Source: Octopus sinensis (lineage: Eukaryota). Taken from it: 64,000 nucleotides of DNA. The translations under genes and the position numbers were made by a program. How positions within the stretch are numbered: the first letter of the stretch is position 1; each line of letters starts with the position of its first letter. Positions 12,038 to 25,423 of the stretch are shown here, piece by piece. The stretch is taken from NCBI RefSeq assembly GCF_006345805.1, contig NC_043015.1, positions 49,848,001 to 49,912,000 of the forward strand, written 5' to 3'. The notes beneath the pieces are model-generated. The model saw only the letters and a list, made by a program, of their open reading frames with translations, had not been told where the DNA came from and ran no database searches.

Positions 12038-12464
12038 TTAAATTGGAAGGAAGTTGTGGAAGAGGGAGACCCAGGAAAACATAGGACAAAGTATTCAAGG
12101 CTGATCTCAAAATGCTGAGCCTTACAAAGGAGATGACAGAAGACTGAGATATGTGGCTACTTGAGAAGACCTACCTATCACATAAAACTGAGATCCTAAA
12201 GCCAAGGTGCCATGTAAAAAGCATTGGTGTGGGTGCTGGTGGCATGTGAAAATCTCTGGTGCTGGTGCTACATAAAAGCACTGTTGCTTGCATCATGTAA
12301 AAAGCACCCAGTGCACTCTGTTAAGTGGTTGGCATTAGGAAGTTTGGCATTGGCAATTGAAAGTTTACTCTAAATATCAGGTTGAGTAAAAAGTAAGCAC
12401 CATTTTGAACCATGAAGAATTTGTACTTGATTTTTGCAGAGTTTTGAATTTATTTCAAACCTCT

Positions 12465-12886
12465 ACTCTCTTTTACTCTTTTACTTGTTTCAGTCATGTG
12501 ACTGTGGCCATGCTGGAGCACTGCCTTTAGTCGATCAAATCGACCCCAGGACTTATTCTTTGTAAGCCTAGTACTTATTTTATCGGTCTCTTTTTTTTTG
12601 GCCGAACCGCTAAGTTACGGGGTCGTAAACACACCAGCATTGGTTGTCAAGCGAAGTTGGGGGGACAAACACAGACACACAAACACGCACACACACACAC
12701 ACATATATATATATACATATATACGACGGGCTTCTTTCAGTTTCCGTCTACCAAATCCATTCACAAGGCTTTGGTCGGCCCGAGGCTATAGTAGAAGACA
12801 CTTACCCAAGGTGCCACGCAGTGGGACTGAACCCGGAACCATGTGGTTCGTAAGCAAGCTACTTACCACACAGCTACTCCTACGCC
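12465..12886 (-). mobile_element. SINE family A, full length
   Basis: Head GGCGTAGGAGTAGCTGTGTGGTAAG, central (TA)/(TG) tract, (AAGAGTA)n tail. Confidence 0.9.
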
Positions 12887-12991
12887 TATTTTTTTTTTTT
12901 GCAATTGTCTGATAATACAGACATAGACTTGCCCAAATGCATCAATAAATTAACATTGATATTTTTTTCACCATTGTTACAATCATCTGAA

Positions 12992-13592
12992 ATGGAACAG
13001 TCAAAGTGCAATATTCGAGCAATTTTGCTATTCAACTTCAAAAAAGGACGTAAAGCAGCTGAAACTGCTCGCGATATCAAAGAAACGTTTGGTGAGGAAA
13101 TGACCAGTAAGTGGTCAGCTCGAAAATGGTTTAAACGATTTCACAGTGGAGACCTGAGCCTTGAAGATCATGAGCCCATCTGTCATCGATGATGGTCAAT
13201 TAAAGACGGTCATTGAGAAAGATCTACATAAAACCACTCGAGAACTGGCAAAAGTACTTCAAGTTAGCCAGAAATCTGCCTGCAGCCATTTGCATGCAAT
13301 TGGAAAATCAAAAAGGCTCAACAAATGGGTACCACATGATTTGAATGAAAATCAGAAAATGCGCAGATATGAAATTTGCTCGTCGCTTCATCTCCGTAAC
13401 CGGACTGATCCATTTCTTGACCATATTGTAACTTGCAATGAAAAGTGGATTCTGTACAATGATAAAAAATGTTCTTCGCAGTGGTTGGACCAAAATGAAG
13501 CACCAAAAACTTTCCCTAAACCCGAGCTCTTCAAAAAGATGGTCATGGTGACTGCTTGGTGGTGTACTGCTGGACTCATCCACTATAATTTC
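12992..13592 (+). pseudogene. Mariner transposase, N-terminal two-thirds, frameshifted and 3'-truncated
   Basis: ORFs 12899..13192 and 13161..13631: RAILLFNFKKGRKAAETAR...WFKRFHSGD, WVPHDL, IVTCNEKWILY (first catalytic Asp appears as Asn). Confidence 0.92.
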
Positions 13593-13675
13593 ATGTATAG
13601 ATATATAAGAATTTTTTGCATAATAAGATAAAAAAACCAAGGCTGTATAGATATTAGTGCAGCTGTAAGACCTTC

Positions 13676-13890
13676 TCTCTCTCTTTACTTGTTTCAGTCA
13701 TTTGACTGTGGCCATGCTGGAGCACCACCTTTAGTCGAGCAAATCGACCCCTGGACTTATTCTTTGTAAGCCCAGTACTTATTCTATCGGTCTCTTTTGC
13801 CGAACCATTAAGTGACGGGGACGTAAACTCACCAGCATCGGTTGTCAAGCAATGCTAGGGAGACAAACAGACACACAAACACATACACAC

Positions 13891-13934
<44 letters not shown>

Positions 13935-14104
13935 GTATATACGACAGGCTTCTTTCAGTTTCCGTCTACCAAATCCACTCACAAGGCATCGGTCGGCCCG
14001 GGGCTATAGTAGAAGACACTTACCCAAGATGCCACACAGTGAGACTGAACCAGGAACCATATGGTTGGTTAGCAAGCTACTTACCACACAGCCACTCTTG
14101 TGCC
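13676..14104 (-). mobile_element. SINE family A, full length
   Basis: Colinear with 26731-27134. Confidence 0.9.
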
Positions 14105-14345
14105 TATCTATAAATGTTTTATCTATAAATGCTTCTATCTATAAATGCTCTAATATCTATACAGCCTTGGGTTTTTTTATCTTATTACGCAAAAAATTCT
14201 TATATACACACGCTGACATAGAACCAACGTTGAAACATTTATTCGCAATATTACTGAATTTGGAACTTAACTATGGTCTGTCTATAGCACTTATTCAGTA
14301 TTACCTAACACCTTTGGGTCTCAATGGCACTATTATCTCTTATAT

Positions 14346-14405
<60 letters not shown>

Positions 14406-15771
14406 GTAAAAATAATTACAGACATGGACAAGAACATGAAACACCACAGAGACGACACAAGAACCACAGGACGGGACATTCGAAGCCCTCAGTCATCAGT
14501 CAAGAACCAGATCATCTTAGCAATTTCGGCTGATTAATCTTGAGATTGCTCCGATATGGGCAGCCCGCCAAGGGAAATCTAAGCCAAGCGCATTAGATCC
14601 CCTGGAAGAAAGCTTCGAATGTATACAACACGAGGACGGAAAACGAACGAAGTACACGAACAAAAATACAGAATACGTGACACCAATAAGAATACAAAAA
14701 CGTAAAAACAATAACGGTAAAAATAAAAAACAAAACAAAACCAGGACGTAGGACAAGGGTCTTTCGACAGGACGAGTTGAGTTTAGGGCTGGCTTATGAA
14801 GTTGTGCCTAATGGCCGCAGGGAGACGAACAAATACGTGTTGCTTCGGCGACTGCTGGAACGAAAAGAGCGCTCAACAGTGGCTAGCGGTCACGTGAGAA
14901 CAAAAGACAGGAGAAAGGGACAGATGAAAAGAGAGAGAAGGTGGACGAGGGAGGAGAAGAAAGAGACAGATCGAGGGGACTGGAGGTGAGAGAGATGTAT
15001 ATATACATATATATAACAAGATTCTTTCAGTTTCTGCCTACCAAATCCACTGACAAAGCTTTGGTCAGCCTGAAGCTATAGTAGAAGACACTTGCCCAAG
15101 GTGCCATACAGTAGGATTGAACTTGGAACCATGTGGTTGGTAAGCAAGCTTCTTACCACATTGCCATGCCCAATAAGTTCTAATAATCAAGTGACTGCAA
15201 TGTCTGTCTCTCAACAGAAGAGTCACGAGTTCATTTCCTCCAGCCAGCTCTTTTATTAAGGGTGGGACACAAGATATCTCGTGGCCTTAATTATCTGCCA
15301 GTCTTGTGTGTGACACTGAATGAATCAGGGACGGAACGCCAAACAGACAGACAAACAGGAAAATGACTGTTGTTGGTTTAACTCCAGATCAATCTTGACC
15401 CAGTAATCTTATCTTGAAAGACATTCCAAATGTGGCCACCCTATCTTTTATTCAGCTATATTGAATCTGGGACAAGATTATTTAATGCCCTTTCCTACTT
15501 TTTGAGGGAAATTTTGCTGCTATTTCTGGCAGCCTCAGCAACCGTGTAGAGATTTTGATGAATTATTAGTTAGCTTCACACAAGAGTGACTAATTAATGA
15601 GAGAATTAAATGAGGACAAAACACTTGGATATTAATAAAGTAAATGACTCGTTGCCGTTGTGTCCTTTTCAGTGACACAGTAAATCAAACAGCTGTGTCA
15701 TTCAACAGAATATCTTTCTAAACATTGCAATACTCTGGTATTTTCTCTTTTCAATATATTTAACACAAAAA

Positions 15772-16230
15772 AGGTGGCAGGCGGGCAGAATTGTTAATAC
15801 GCCAGGCAAAATGCCTAACGGCATTTCGTCCATATGGTGGCGAGCTGGCTGAAACGTTAGCACGCCGGGCGAAATGCGTAGCCGTATTTCGTCTGCTGTT
15901 ATGTTCTGAGTTCAAATTCCGCCGAGGTCGACTTTGCCTTTCATCCTTTCGGGGTCAATAAATTAAGTACCAGTTACGCACTGGGGTCGATGTAATCGAC
16001 TTAATCCGTTTTTCTGTCCTTGTTTGTCCTCTCTGTGTTTAGCCCCTTGTGGGTAGTAAAGAAATAGGTATTTCGTCTGCCGCTACGTTCTGAGTTCAAA
16101 TTCCGTTGAGATTGGCTTTGCCTTTCATCTTTTCTGGGGTCGATAAATTAAGTACCAGTTGAACAGTGGGTTTGATGTAACCGACTTATCCACTCCCTTG
16201 GAAATTGCTGGCCTTGCGCTAAAACTGGAA
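15772..16230 (+). mobile_element. SINE family B, tandem/nested copies
   Basis: Two heads (15772, 15836); body repeated from ~16070. Confidence 0.85.
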
Positions 16231-16579
16231 ACCAATATATTTAATATGACACGAGTAACTGTTAGACTGAAAATAAAATATTTTTATTTTAACATTTTAA
16301 TCAGGGCTGTAGGGTGGTACCCTGTTTTCTGCAGATCTTTAACGACGAATGAGATTAACCGTCTCATTAACATATTCCAGTTGACAGAAGATGGTTTTGA
16401 ATTGGATCACTTTAGCCTTTTCTTATCATATTTATAATGGTCACATTTAGAATGTCTTTCAAGATAAGATTACAGGGTCAAGATTGATCTGGAGTTAAAA
16501 CAACAACAGTCATTTTCCTGTTTGTCTGTCTGTTTGGCATTCCGTCCCTGATGTATATATATATAATATATATATATAT

Positions 16580-16613
<34 letters not shown>

Positions 16614-16885
16614 AGAGATAATGGTGTCATTGAGACCCAAAGGTGTCAGGTAATGCTGAATAAATGCTAAAGACAGACCATAGTTAAGTTCCAGATTCAG
16701 TAATAATGCAAATAAAGGGTTCAACGTTGGTTCTATGTCAGTGTGTGTATATAAGAATTTTATACACGGTCACTTTATCTATTCTGAATTAATTTTAATT
16801 TTCAAAATAGCGAAAAATTTGCTAAATTAACTTTGTCGTTAATATGGAATTTTGATAGAAAGTTTTAAGTTAAATTACTTTAAAA

Positions 16886-17218
16886 TCATGGTTTTCAAAG
16901 TGGGCGGTATTGCCCCCAGCCCCACCCCACCCCCTTCCCACCTGAGGGCAGTGAAAAGTTCCAAGGGGGCATTGAAGAAAAGTGGGGCGATAATGGGGTA
17001 GCGATTCATGTAAAAACTGGGGCAATAATCGGGTGGCAATTCATGTAAAAACAACAAAATAATGGGTTCATTAGGTTTAGTTTCATTTGTGAAATACATT
17101 TGCTTTGAATTTACTTCAGAAAGTGGTCTGTTTGTGATGGGTAGTTGGGTTGGGTGTGCTAGGAATGTGGCCTGGGTGTCAAGGGGACGGCAGCCCAAAA
17201 AAAGTTTGGGAATCACTG
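16886..17218. mobile_element. hAT (Charlie-like) MITE
   Basis: Ends ~CAGTGGTTTTCAAAGTGGG and GGGAATCACTG; perfect 8-bp TSD CTTTAAAA at 16878-16885 and 17219-17226. Confidence 0.85.
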
Positions 17219-17292
17219 CTTTAAAACAAGGCATTTGTATCATAGGGCCAAGGGCAGTCTTGGATGGCTTGGTATCAAAAGGTATCAAAAGG

Positions 17293-17530
17293 CAGCGAGC
17301 TGGCAGAAACGTTAGCACACCGGGTGAAATGCTTAGCGGAATGTCGCCTGCCATTACGTTCTGAGTTCAAATTCCGCCGAGGTCGACTTTGCCTTTCATC
17401 CTTTCGGGGGTCAATAAATTAAGTACCAATTACGCACTGGGGTCGATATAATCGACTTAATCCATTTGTCTGTCCTTGTTTGTCCCCTCTGTGTTTAGCC
17501 CCATGTGGGTAGTAAAGGAATAGGTATCAA
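17293..17530 (+). mobile_element. SINE family B
   Basis: Same head and core as 8199 and 15836. Confidence 0.85.
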
Positions 17531-18499
17531 AAGGGTTAATGTCCAGTTTAAAAATCTGCAGCTTGATGATGATGATGATGATGGTCAACATGATCAGCAG
17601 CAGCATCAGGTATGACTGTTCACCCTCAGCAAATACATCACCATCAATCACCACATCAGTCTTTCTTGTGCAGTCCTTACATGTTTACTGTTGCTTTTTA
17701 AGTCTATCTAGTTTTTCATATTATCCATCTAGGCACATGGCTAACTCGTTAGTGGGGGTTTTCAACTCACAATCAGTTCCCAGCTGTGCACTGTGACCTT
17801 GAGCAAGACACTTTATTTCATGTAGCTCCTCCAGTTCACTCAGCTGGCAAAAATGAGTTATACCTGTAATACAAAGGGGGACAGCCTTGTCACATTGTGT
17901 GTTGCGCTGAATCTCCCTGAAAACTAAGTGAAAGGTTACGGTGGCAGTAGCAGTGGCACCAGCACCAGTGGTGGTACCACGTTCTGTCCATGATTTTATC
18001 AGATGTCTTCTCTATGTCCACATCTCAAAGACACATCATCTATATGGTAACTTCCTTGTAAAGGTCCATATTTCAGATAGATGCATGAAGAGAAGAGATT
18101 GGCAGGGAGCGGAGTAGTGTGTGTGTATTCTTTTATGTTTTTTTACTTGTTTCAGCCATTTGACTGCGGCCAAACTGGAGCACCATGTTGAAGGGTTTTA
18201 GTCAAACAAATCAACACCAGGACATATTTTTTAAGCCTGATACTTATTCTATTAGTTTCTTTTGCTGAACTGCTAAGTTACTGGGATGCAAACGCACCAA
18301 CACCAACTGTCAAGCTGTGATGGGTGGGGTGGAAAGCAAACACAAAGACACACACACATAGATACACACACGCACACACACATATAATGAGCTTCTTTCA
18401 GTCTCTGTCCATCAAATCTACTCGCCAGGAGCCATGCAGTGGGACTGAACCTGGAACTAGGTAGCTCGGAAACAAGCTTCTTACCACACAGCAGATATA

Positions 18500-18502
18500 G
18501 AT

Positions 18503-18571
<69 letters not shown>

Positions 18572-18591
18572 CATAGACAGATAGAGAGACC

Positions 18592-18634
<43 letters not shown>

Positions 18635-18678
18635 GCAGACAGACTGACTGACTGACTGACAGACAGACAGACAGATAA

Positions 18679-18709
<31 letters not shown>

Positions 18710-18710
18710 T
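18500..18710. repeat. Compound (TA)(GA)(GATA)(GACA)(GACT) microsatellite within a SINE A head
   Basis: Seen directly. Confidence 0.9.
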
Positions 18711-18962
18711 GTTTCTTTATTAGCCACACAGGGCTGCACACAGATAGAACAAATTACAAGGTAGAGCTTTTCTTTTGAAGGTTTAAAAAAAAAAAAAAAA
18801 AAAGGAAGGGGGAGTTTCGATCAAAAGGGATCGTAAAAGGAGAGAGATAGATAGATAGATAGATAGATAGACACACACATGTGCATGAGTCTGTGACAGA
18901 GAGAGAGGGAGAGAGAGAGAAAGTATGCATGTGCGGAATAACAGCATTGAAATAGTGAAGCA

Positions 18963-19142
18963 AAGCAAAACAAATAAATTTTAAGCAAGACAAATAAATT
19001 TTAAGCAAAACAAATAAATTTTAAGCAAAACAAATAAATTTTAAGCAAAACAAATAAATTTTAAGCAAAACAAATAAATTTTAAGCAAAACAAATAAATT
19101 TTAAGCAAAACAAATAAATTTTAAGCAAAACAAATAAATTTT
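18963..19142. repeat. 20-bp tandem repeat x9 (AAGCAAAACAAATAAATTTT)
   Basis: Seen directly; one substitution in the second unit. Confidence 0.95.
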
Positions 19143-19227
19143 GGTAAATATATCTGTTAATATGAGATGTCAGTATTATTTTCATTTTCACATAATCTAG
19201 ACGACAATATATTCACTGCACCCTGTA
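19143..19227 (-). mobile_element. Tc1/mariner-type terminal fragment
   Basis: Minus strand TA|CAGGGTGCAGTGAATATATTG at 19227-19205. Confidence 0.5.
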
Positions 19228-19349
19228 TATATATATATATATATATATATATCAAGAGAAAGAGTGTGTGTGTGTGTGTGAGTGTGTGTTTGTATGATAG
19301 ATAGATAGATAGATAGATAGACAGATAAAACAGATATATATATATATAC

Positions 19350-19445
<96 letters not shown>

Positions 19446-20468
19446 TCATATATATATGTATGTATGTGTGTGTGCATGTGTGTGTGTATATGTATATATG
19501 TATTTATATATTTATGTATGTATGTATGTATATATATATACATATTCATTTTAGTAGCATTTTGTCCAACTCATGACAGCAAAGAACACGGATGATAAAC
19601 AGTGAGGATGATGTTGATGATGATGATGATATAAAATACTTCAGACTTACTTCGTTCGTCATTGTAAAAGTCCGTGTGTGCGTGTGTATGTGTGTGCATA
19701 TATAAATATACACACACACACATTCACTGTTCACTCTTTCAAAACAAATCTCACACCGACAAAAAGAAAAAAGCTACAAAGCTTCACCGCGTCAGGAGAG
19801 GTTCCCGTAACACACACATTTCTCAAGTTAACCGAAGAGGATCCGATTAGTTTGGCGAGGTTTAGATATTTCTGGAACAACCGACTTTAGAATATTAACA
19901 AGAACCAATGAGTGAAAAAGGTTGGCCAGTGCTGCCAGCAGAATATCTTAAACATGGTCAGCTACTCCTTATAGAAACGAAAGTGGGCTGTCAGAGACGC
20001 TGGCATATTAAATACTACACCAAACTGCTCGACTTAATAAAGCATGGTTAATGCTACATGTATGCCAAAGTTAGCAGTCATGGCTTTATTTAATTAATAT
20101 AGCCCAGCTATAGTTTTATATATTACATTTCTAAGTTATCAGTAGCAGCTTCTTTTAAAATAACATAACCTTGCTAGTGCTGAACGTTTCACTGACTTAG
20201 GAGTGGCAGCTTCGTTTAAATTAATATAGGGCTGCTAATTCAGAGCAGTAGGTTGATGAGTTCGTTTGGGCATCAGACTAAATGCCTAGCAATATCTGTC
20301 CCTTGATGACTGTGTTTGGTTGGTGGTTTCCCACTACGTCTTAGATATTTAATGCATGGAGGGATGAGGAATTGCAGTCTGCCCCGAGAAGCATATTTTG
20401 GGTGTGGCACATTATGTAAGAACTTGTTAAGTTTTATGTCTGATCATTCATGCCAGCATGAGTTAGAC

Positions 20469-21286
20469 CAGTAGTTCCCAACCATTTTTTACCTACAGGC
20501 CCCTTTGATTACCATTTTACTCTGGTGGACCCCGCCATAGCCATTTAATGTTTAAGATACTTCTTTCAAAATTCCTATTTTGTTTTTCACACATTCACTT
20601 GTGTAGGTTGAACTATGTAAAATTTGGCTGTTTCTTACAATATATACCAGTACATACATCTAAATCAAAAACTTTTTCATGGACCCTCAATAGTCCCGAA
20701 TTTATTATTTAGCTTGTATGGACCCCCTTTGATTGCTATTTTATTATGGTGGACCCCCATAGCCCTTCAATGTTTAGAAACTATATTTATATCTACTTCC
20801 TTCAAAACTCCTATTTTGTTTTTCACACATTAACTCGCGTGAGTTGAACCATGTCAAATGTTAGAGAAAGAAAGTAATCAAAATGGTCCATAGATGAAAA
20901 ATGAAACCCGGCTGTTTCTTGCATAACATACCAATACATACGTTTAAAGTAAGGGTTCTCAACCATTTTTTATCCATGGACCCCTTTGATTACTATTTTA
21001 TACTGATGGGCTCCCATAACTATTCGATGTTTATAAACTAGTTTTATAGAAACTTCTTTCAAAATTCCTATTTTGTTTTTCACGCGTTAACTCATGTGAG
21101 TTGAACCATGTAAAATGTCAGAGAAAGAAACCTAGCTGTTTTTTGCAATACATACCAAGACATACATTTGAAACAAAATTTTTCATAGAACTTTAATAGT
21201 TCTTCATTTACTATTTTGCTTGTGTGACCTCCAAAAATCTTATATGGCCCTCTAGGGGTTATATGGACCCCAGTTGAGACCCACTG
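20469..21286. mobile_element. hAT (Charlie-like) non-autonomous element with an internally duplicated left arm
   Basis: Left end CAGTAGTTCCCAACC (20469), second left end at 20950, right end GTTGAGACCCACTG; flanks AGTTAGAC and GGTTAGAG. Confidence 0.7.
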
Positions 21287-21379
21287 GGTTAGAGGAATAT
21301 ATTACTGAGGCAGTGTTTTTACAGCTGGGATGCCTGACCTGTTGCTAACCCCTTACATGTTTTTCAAGTATGGAATACA

Positions 21380-21721
21380 CAGGGTGTCCCAAAAGTCACT
21401 AATTCTCTCTCCAAAGCACTGCCGTAGCAACTGTGTCGTTTCTCTTGTGGTATGAGCAGTTGCCCCTTCTTGCTGGAACCATGTGTGGGGTCTACTTTAA
21501 ATGGTCAGGCACAAAACGGTCTCAGTCATGGATACCTGAAAGAGAGGGTTTACGCCAACAAACTGGAGACCCTGGAGCAACTGAAGGAGAACATCAATAG
21601 AGAAATCAGAAAAGTGGGGTCTGAAACTCTTGAGGGTGTTATGGTGCAAGTTTTGGAAAGAGCACCGGCGTGTGAAGCTGAAAATGGCTGCCATCTAAAC
21701 AATGCCATTTTTCATATGTGA
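21380..21721 (+). pseudogene. Tc1/mariner-superfamily (maT/DD37D-like) internally deleted element
   Basis: TIR-like CAGGGTGTCCC at 21380; ORF 21452..21721 GYLKERVYANKLETLEQLKENI...ENGCHL resembles a transposase C-terminus. Confidence 0.75.
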
Positions 21722-22039
21722 TGTAGTGGTGTTGCAAAATTTGACTTCTGCCTATTAATTTCTACTATAGTAGCTTCTATGCTGGAACACAGCATGTTCT
21801 TTGTCTATCTCTTTAACCTCTCGGAGATTTTAGGTATAATTATACTAATGTGTCCATCTGTTCTAATCTAATTAAATTCTATGTCTTTGTGCAGCTGAGG
21901 ATTGGTCTGCATTTTAAATTGATGTAATGATTGCATTGTTCAATTAAATGTAGTTGCATGAAACAATTGTACTGCATTACCTCTGGATATCCTTGTTGCT
22001 TATTTTGATATATATATATTATATATATGTGTGTGTGTG

Positions 22040-22069
<30 letters not shown>

Positions 22070-22072
<3 letters not shown>

Positions 22073-22330
22073 CATCATCATCATCGTCATCATCATCATC
22101 ATCATCATCATCATCGTTTAACATCCGCTTTCCATGCTAGCATGGGTTGGACGGTTCAACTGGGGTCTGGGAAGCCAGGAGGCTGCACCAGGCTCCAGTC
22201 TGATCTGGCAGTGTTTCTACAGCTGGATGCCCTTCCTAACGCCAACCACTCCATGAGTGTAGTGGGTGCTTTTTACGTGCCACCGGCACAGGTGCCAGGG
22301 GAGGCTGACAACGGCTACGATCGGTTGGTG
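22070..22330 (-). mobile_element. RTE 3' UTR fragment
   Basis: (CAT)n then CGTTTAACATCCGCTTTCCATGC...GGATGCCCTTCCTAACGCCAACC. Confidence 0.8.
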
Positions 22331-22937
22331 CTTTTTACATACCACATACATATAATTATATAAATGTATATGTATATGTATATATATGTATATAATGTGA
22401 AGAAACAATAGACCTGGTAATTCAATCCACAAACATGACTGATTTATTTTTAAATGTCTGTGTATTTATATATTTCTAATCTATCATGTACAATTGTCCT
22501 TTAAATCCATCTCCAACCGTAGTCATGTTTGTGGATTGAATTACCAGGTCATTTATTTCGTCACATCACGTATTTTTTAATCTTTTGTCTTAAGTTACTC
22601 TTGAGCATTTCCAAGCCCAAACCTCTATATTGTGAGAGAATTTCTAATCAATCTTCTTTTTCAAAACAATTACATACAGACATACATAAAGAAGCATTGG
22701 TTATAGAAAAAAACATTAAATTTGGGTCGACTTTACATACAACACAACCCCTCAAACATTTAATCATATATGAAAAGAAAACCATGGTCTACAAACACAT
22801 ACACACACACACACATACATACATACTCACACACACACACATACATACATACATACATACATACATACATACATACATACATACATACATACATACATAC
22901 ATACATGCATACATACATGCATGCATACATACATATA

Positions 22938-23272
22938 TACTTATATTAAGGGCATTACTATACATAAATGCCTCACACTAGGAGGGACTCTTAAAGTCAA
23001 AACTACCGTAATAAATAAACACATTGTACCAAACTTGAGGGAATGCAACTCTCAAAGCAAGCATTTTAAAAACAGAATTCAGCTGCATATCATATGATTT
23101 CATAATTAGTGCACAAAGTGCATATGCAGCTGAATTCTGTTTTAAAATGCTCGCTTTGAGAGTTGCATTCCACATATTCAGTACAATGTGCTTATTTATT
23201 ACGGTAGTTTTGACTTTAAGAGTCCCTCCTAGCATGAGGCATTTATGTATAGTAATGCCCTTAATATAAGTA
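22938..23272. mobile_element. Foldback MITE (~335 bp, ~150-bp inverted arms, TA flanks)
   Basis: TACTTATATTAAGGGCATTACTATAC... mirrored by ...GTATAGTAATGCCCTTAATATAAGTA. Confidence 0.85.
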
Positions 23273-23744
23273 CATATATTTAAGAGGAATAATTGATGGA
23301 TTTTTCCCTTATGAGGTTTTTCACGCTAACTACTTGATAAATTCTTATAAAGATTTTATCCTATTTTTCAATTGTACATACATACATACATATATATCAT
23401 CATCATCGTTTAACGTCCACTAAGCAAAGCAGCTAGTTCTAACATCTCTATAAGGGAGATAGGTATTAATTCTGCTGAAAAGATATGTCTGTTATCACTT
23501 CAACATGGCTTTTCTTTATGCAAGATCAGTGGTTGTGTGTGTGTGTGTGTGTGTCTTTATTTGACCTCCATCACTGCTTGGCAACCAGCGTTGGTGTGTT
23601 TACATACCTGTGACCAAGTGGTTTAGCAAAACGAGGCCGATACAATAAGAACTAAGTTTTTTAAAACATCAAGCGTTGGAGTCGAATAAAAATTCTTCAA
23701 GGCGTTGCTCCAAAAAGGGGTTGCAGTGCAATGACTGAAATAAG

Positions 23745-23945
23745 TAAAAAAATATATATGAAATTGCCATCAGCCATACATACAGGCTTGTCCTTTACAG
23801 GTGTCGGTGCCACACAAAATGCACTCGTGCCAGTGCTGCATAAACAAACCCATGCCAGTGGCACGAAAAAATCCCCCTGTACACTCTGTAAAGTGGGTGG
23901 CATTAGGAAGGGCATCAAGCTGTAGAAACCATATCACAACAAACA
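23745..23945 (+). mobile_element. RTE 3' UTR fragment
   Basis: GGCATTAGGAAGGGCATCAAGCTGTAGAAAC. Confidence 0.7.
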
Positions 23946-23958
23946 ACTGGAGTCTGTG

Positions 23959-24270
23959 GAGGCACATGGCCTAGTGGTTAGAGCAGCAGACTTGCAGTCA
24001 AGGGATCGCGGGTTCGAATCTCAGACCGGACAATGTGTGTGTTTATGAGCAAAACATCTAAGCTCCACGCGGCTCCGGCAGAAGGTAATGGCGAAAACTT
24101 CTGCTGACTCTTTCGCCACAACTTTCTCCCACTCTTTCCTCCTGCATCTTGCAGCTCACCTGCGATGGACCGGTGTCCCGTCCAGGTGGGGAACCTATAC
24201 GCCAAGAAACCGGGAAACCGGCCCTTATGAGCCAGGCATGGCTCGAGAAGGAACAAACAACAAAACAAAC
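23959..24270 (+). mobile_element. SINE family C (tRNA head, AAGCTCCACG.GGCTCCGGCAG body)
   Basis: A box TGGCCTAGTGG, B box GGTTCGAATC; tail (AAC)n. Confidence 0.8.
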
Positions 24271-25214
24271 AAATTGGAGCCTGGACAGTTCCCCAGCTTG
24301 CCAGCCCAGGTCAAACTGCCCATGGAAAATGGATGCTAACCTTTTAACATTCACCATTATTCTGTCAAAAGTATTTCTCATTTATTCACACGTCTTGAAT
24401 TTTGAATTAAATCTTACATTTACCTTGAAGCTTTGAGATTTTTGGTAAGTAAACTGTTAATTTTAAGAATGACATTGTAGGGTAGGTGTGAGAGGCCGAA
24501 TCTGGCCAGTTTGAGCATAAAACAGGTAGAATATTTGCGTTGGAAATGGCCTGTTTAACTACTAAAGGCTGAAGCAACGACAATGATGATGCTGATGATG
24601 ATGATGATGATGGTGATGGTGATGATGATGGTGGTGATGATGATGATGATGGTGATGATGATATTTATATAAAGCAATCAATGATGAACATAGATTGATA
24701 GGCAAAGGTATGGCTTTTCCCTACGTCTCAGTTTATTTGTGGGGTCGTTTTTATTTAGGTTCAATGTCAAAAAAATTCTCCTTTGTTAAAAAAAAAAAAT
24801 AATTGAGAAATCAATAACACTAAATGTCAGCTAATGAAGGCTTTTCTAATTAGTTGCCATTTATCAAGTTTTCCTATCAATATTAATCAATTTGTTTATT
24901 TATCACAAATATGTACTTCTGTTTTATTCACTTCTCGTAATAGTACACAGAATATAGATTAATTAATAACATACTGGGTATAATAAGAGCATTTGGCCGT
25001 GGCCTAGTGGTAAGCAGTGTGACAGCTCATTATTATAAAATCACTGGTTCAAATCTTGATGGAAGCAGTACATAGTATACTTGAGCAAAGCACTTTATTC
25101 CACATTAATGAGATCTAGTCATTATAGAACACATAAATAAATTAATAAAATGCTATCCTTCAGCAAGTTACTTCCTTTTTATGTTACTTTAGTCTATTCA
25201 TTGAAATAAGTGAT

Positions 25215-25418
25215 GGCATCTGGCTTAGTGGTCAGAGGTGTTCAGTTCACGATCATAAGGTTGTGTTTTTGACTCCCAGCAGTGAATTCTGTCCTTGTGC
25301 AAGACACTTCATTTCATGTTGTTCCAGTCCCCTCAGCTGGTAAAAATGAGTTGTATGTGTAATTCAAAGAGCCAGCTTTGTTACATTCTGTGTCATGCTA
25401 AACCTCCCTAAGAACTAG
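25215..25418 (+). mobile_element. tRNA-head CORE-like SINE, diverged
   Basis: TGGCTTAGTGG head, TGTCCTTGTGCAAGACACTT core; also at 17735-17940 and 34159-34505. Confidence 0.65.
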
Positions 25419-25423
25419 ATTAA

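Larger units (their letters stand above)
11490..12345 (+). mobile_element. RTE 3' remnant split by two piggyBac-like MITEs
   Basis: IRMAEDSCIKKC*S (11510-11558) resumes as KLEGSCGRGRPRKT...ADLKMLSLTKEMTE after 12038. Confidence 0.7.

Noticed and set aside
14400-14760. Hammerhead candidate around minus-strand CUGAUGA (~14490) and CCGAAA (~14525)
   Set aside because: I could not build consistent stems II and III in any permutation; left as an unclassified repeat.
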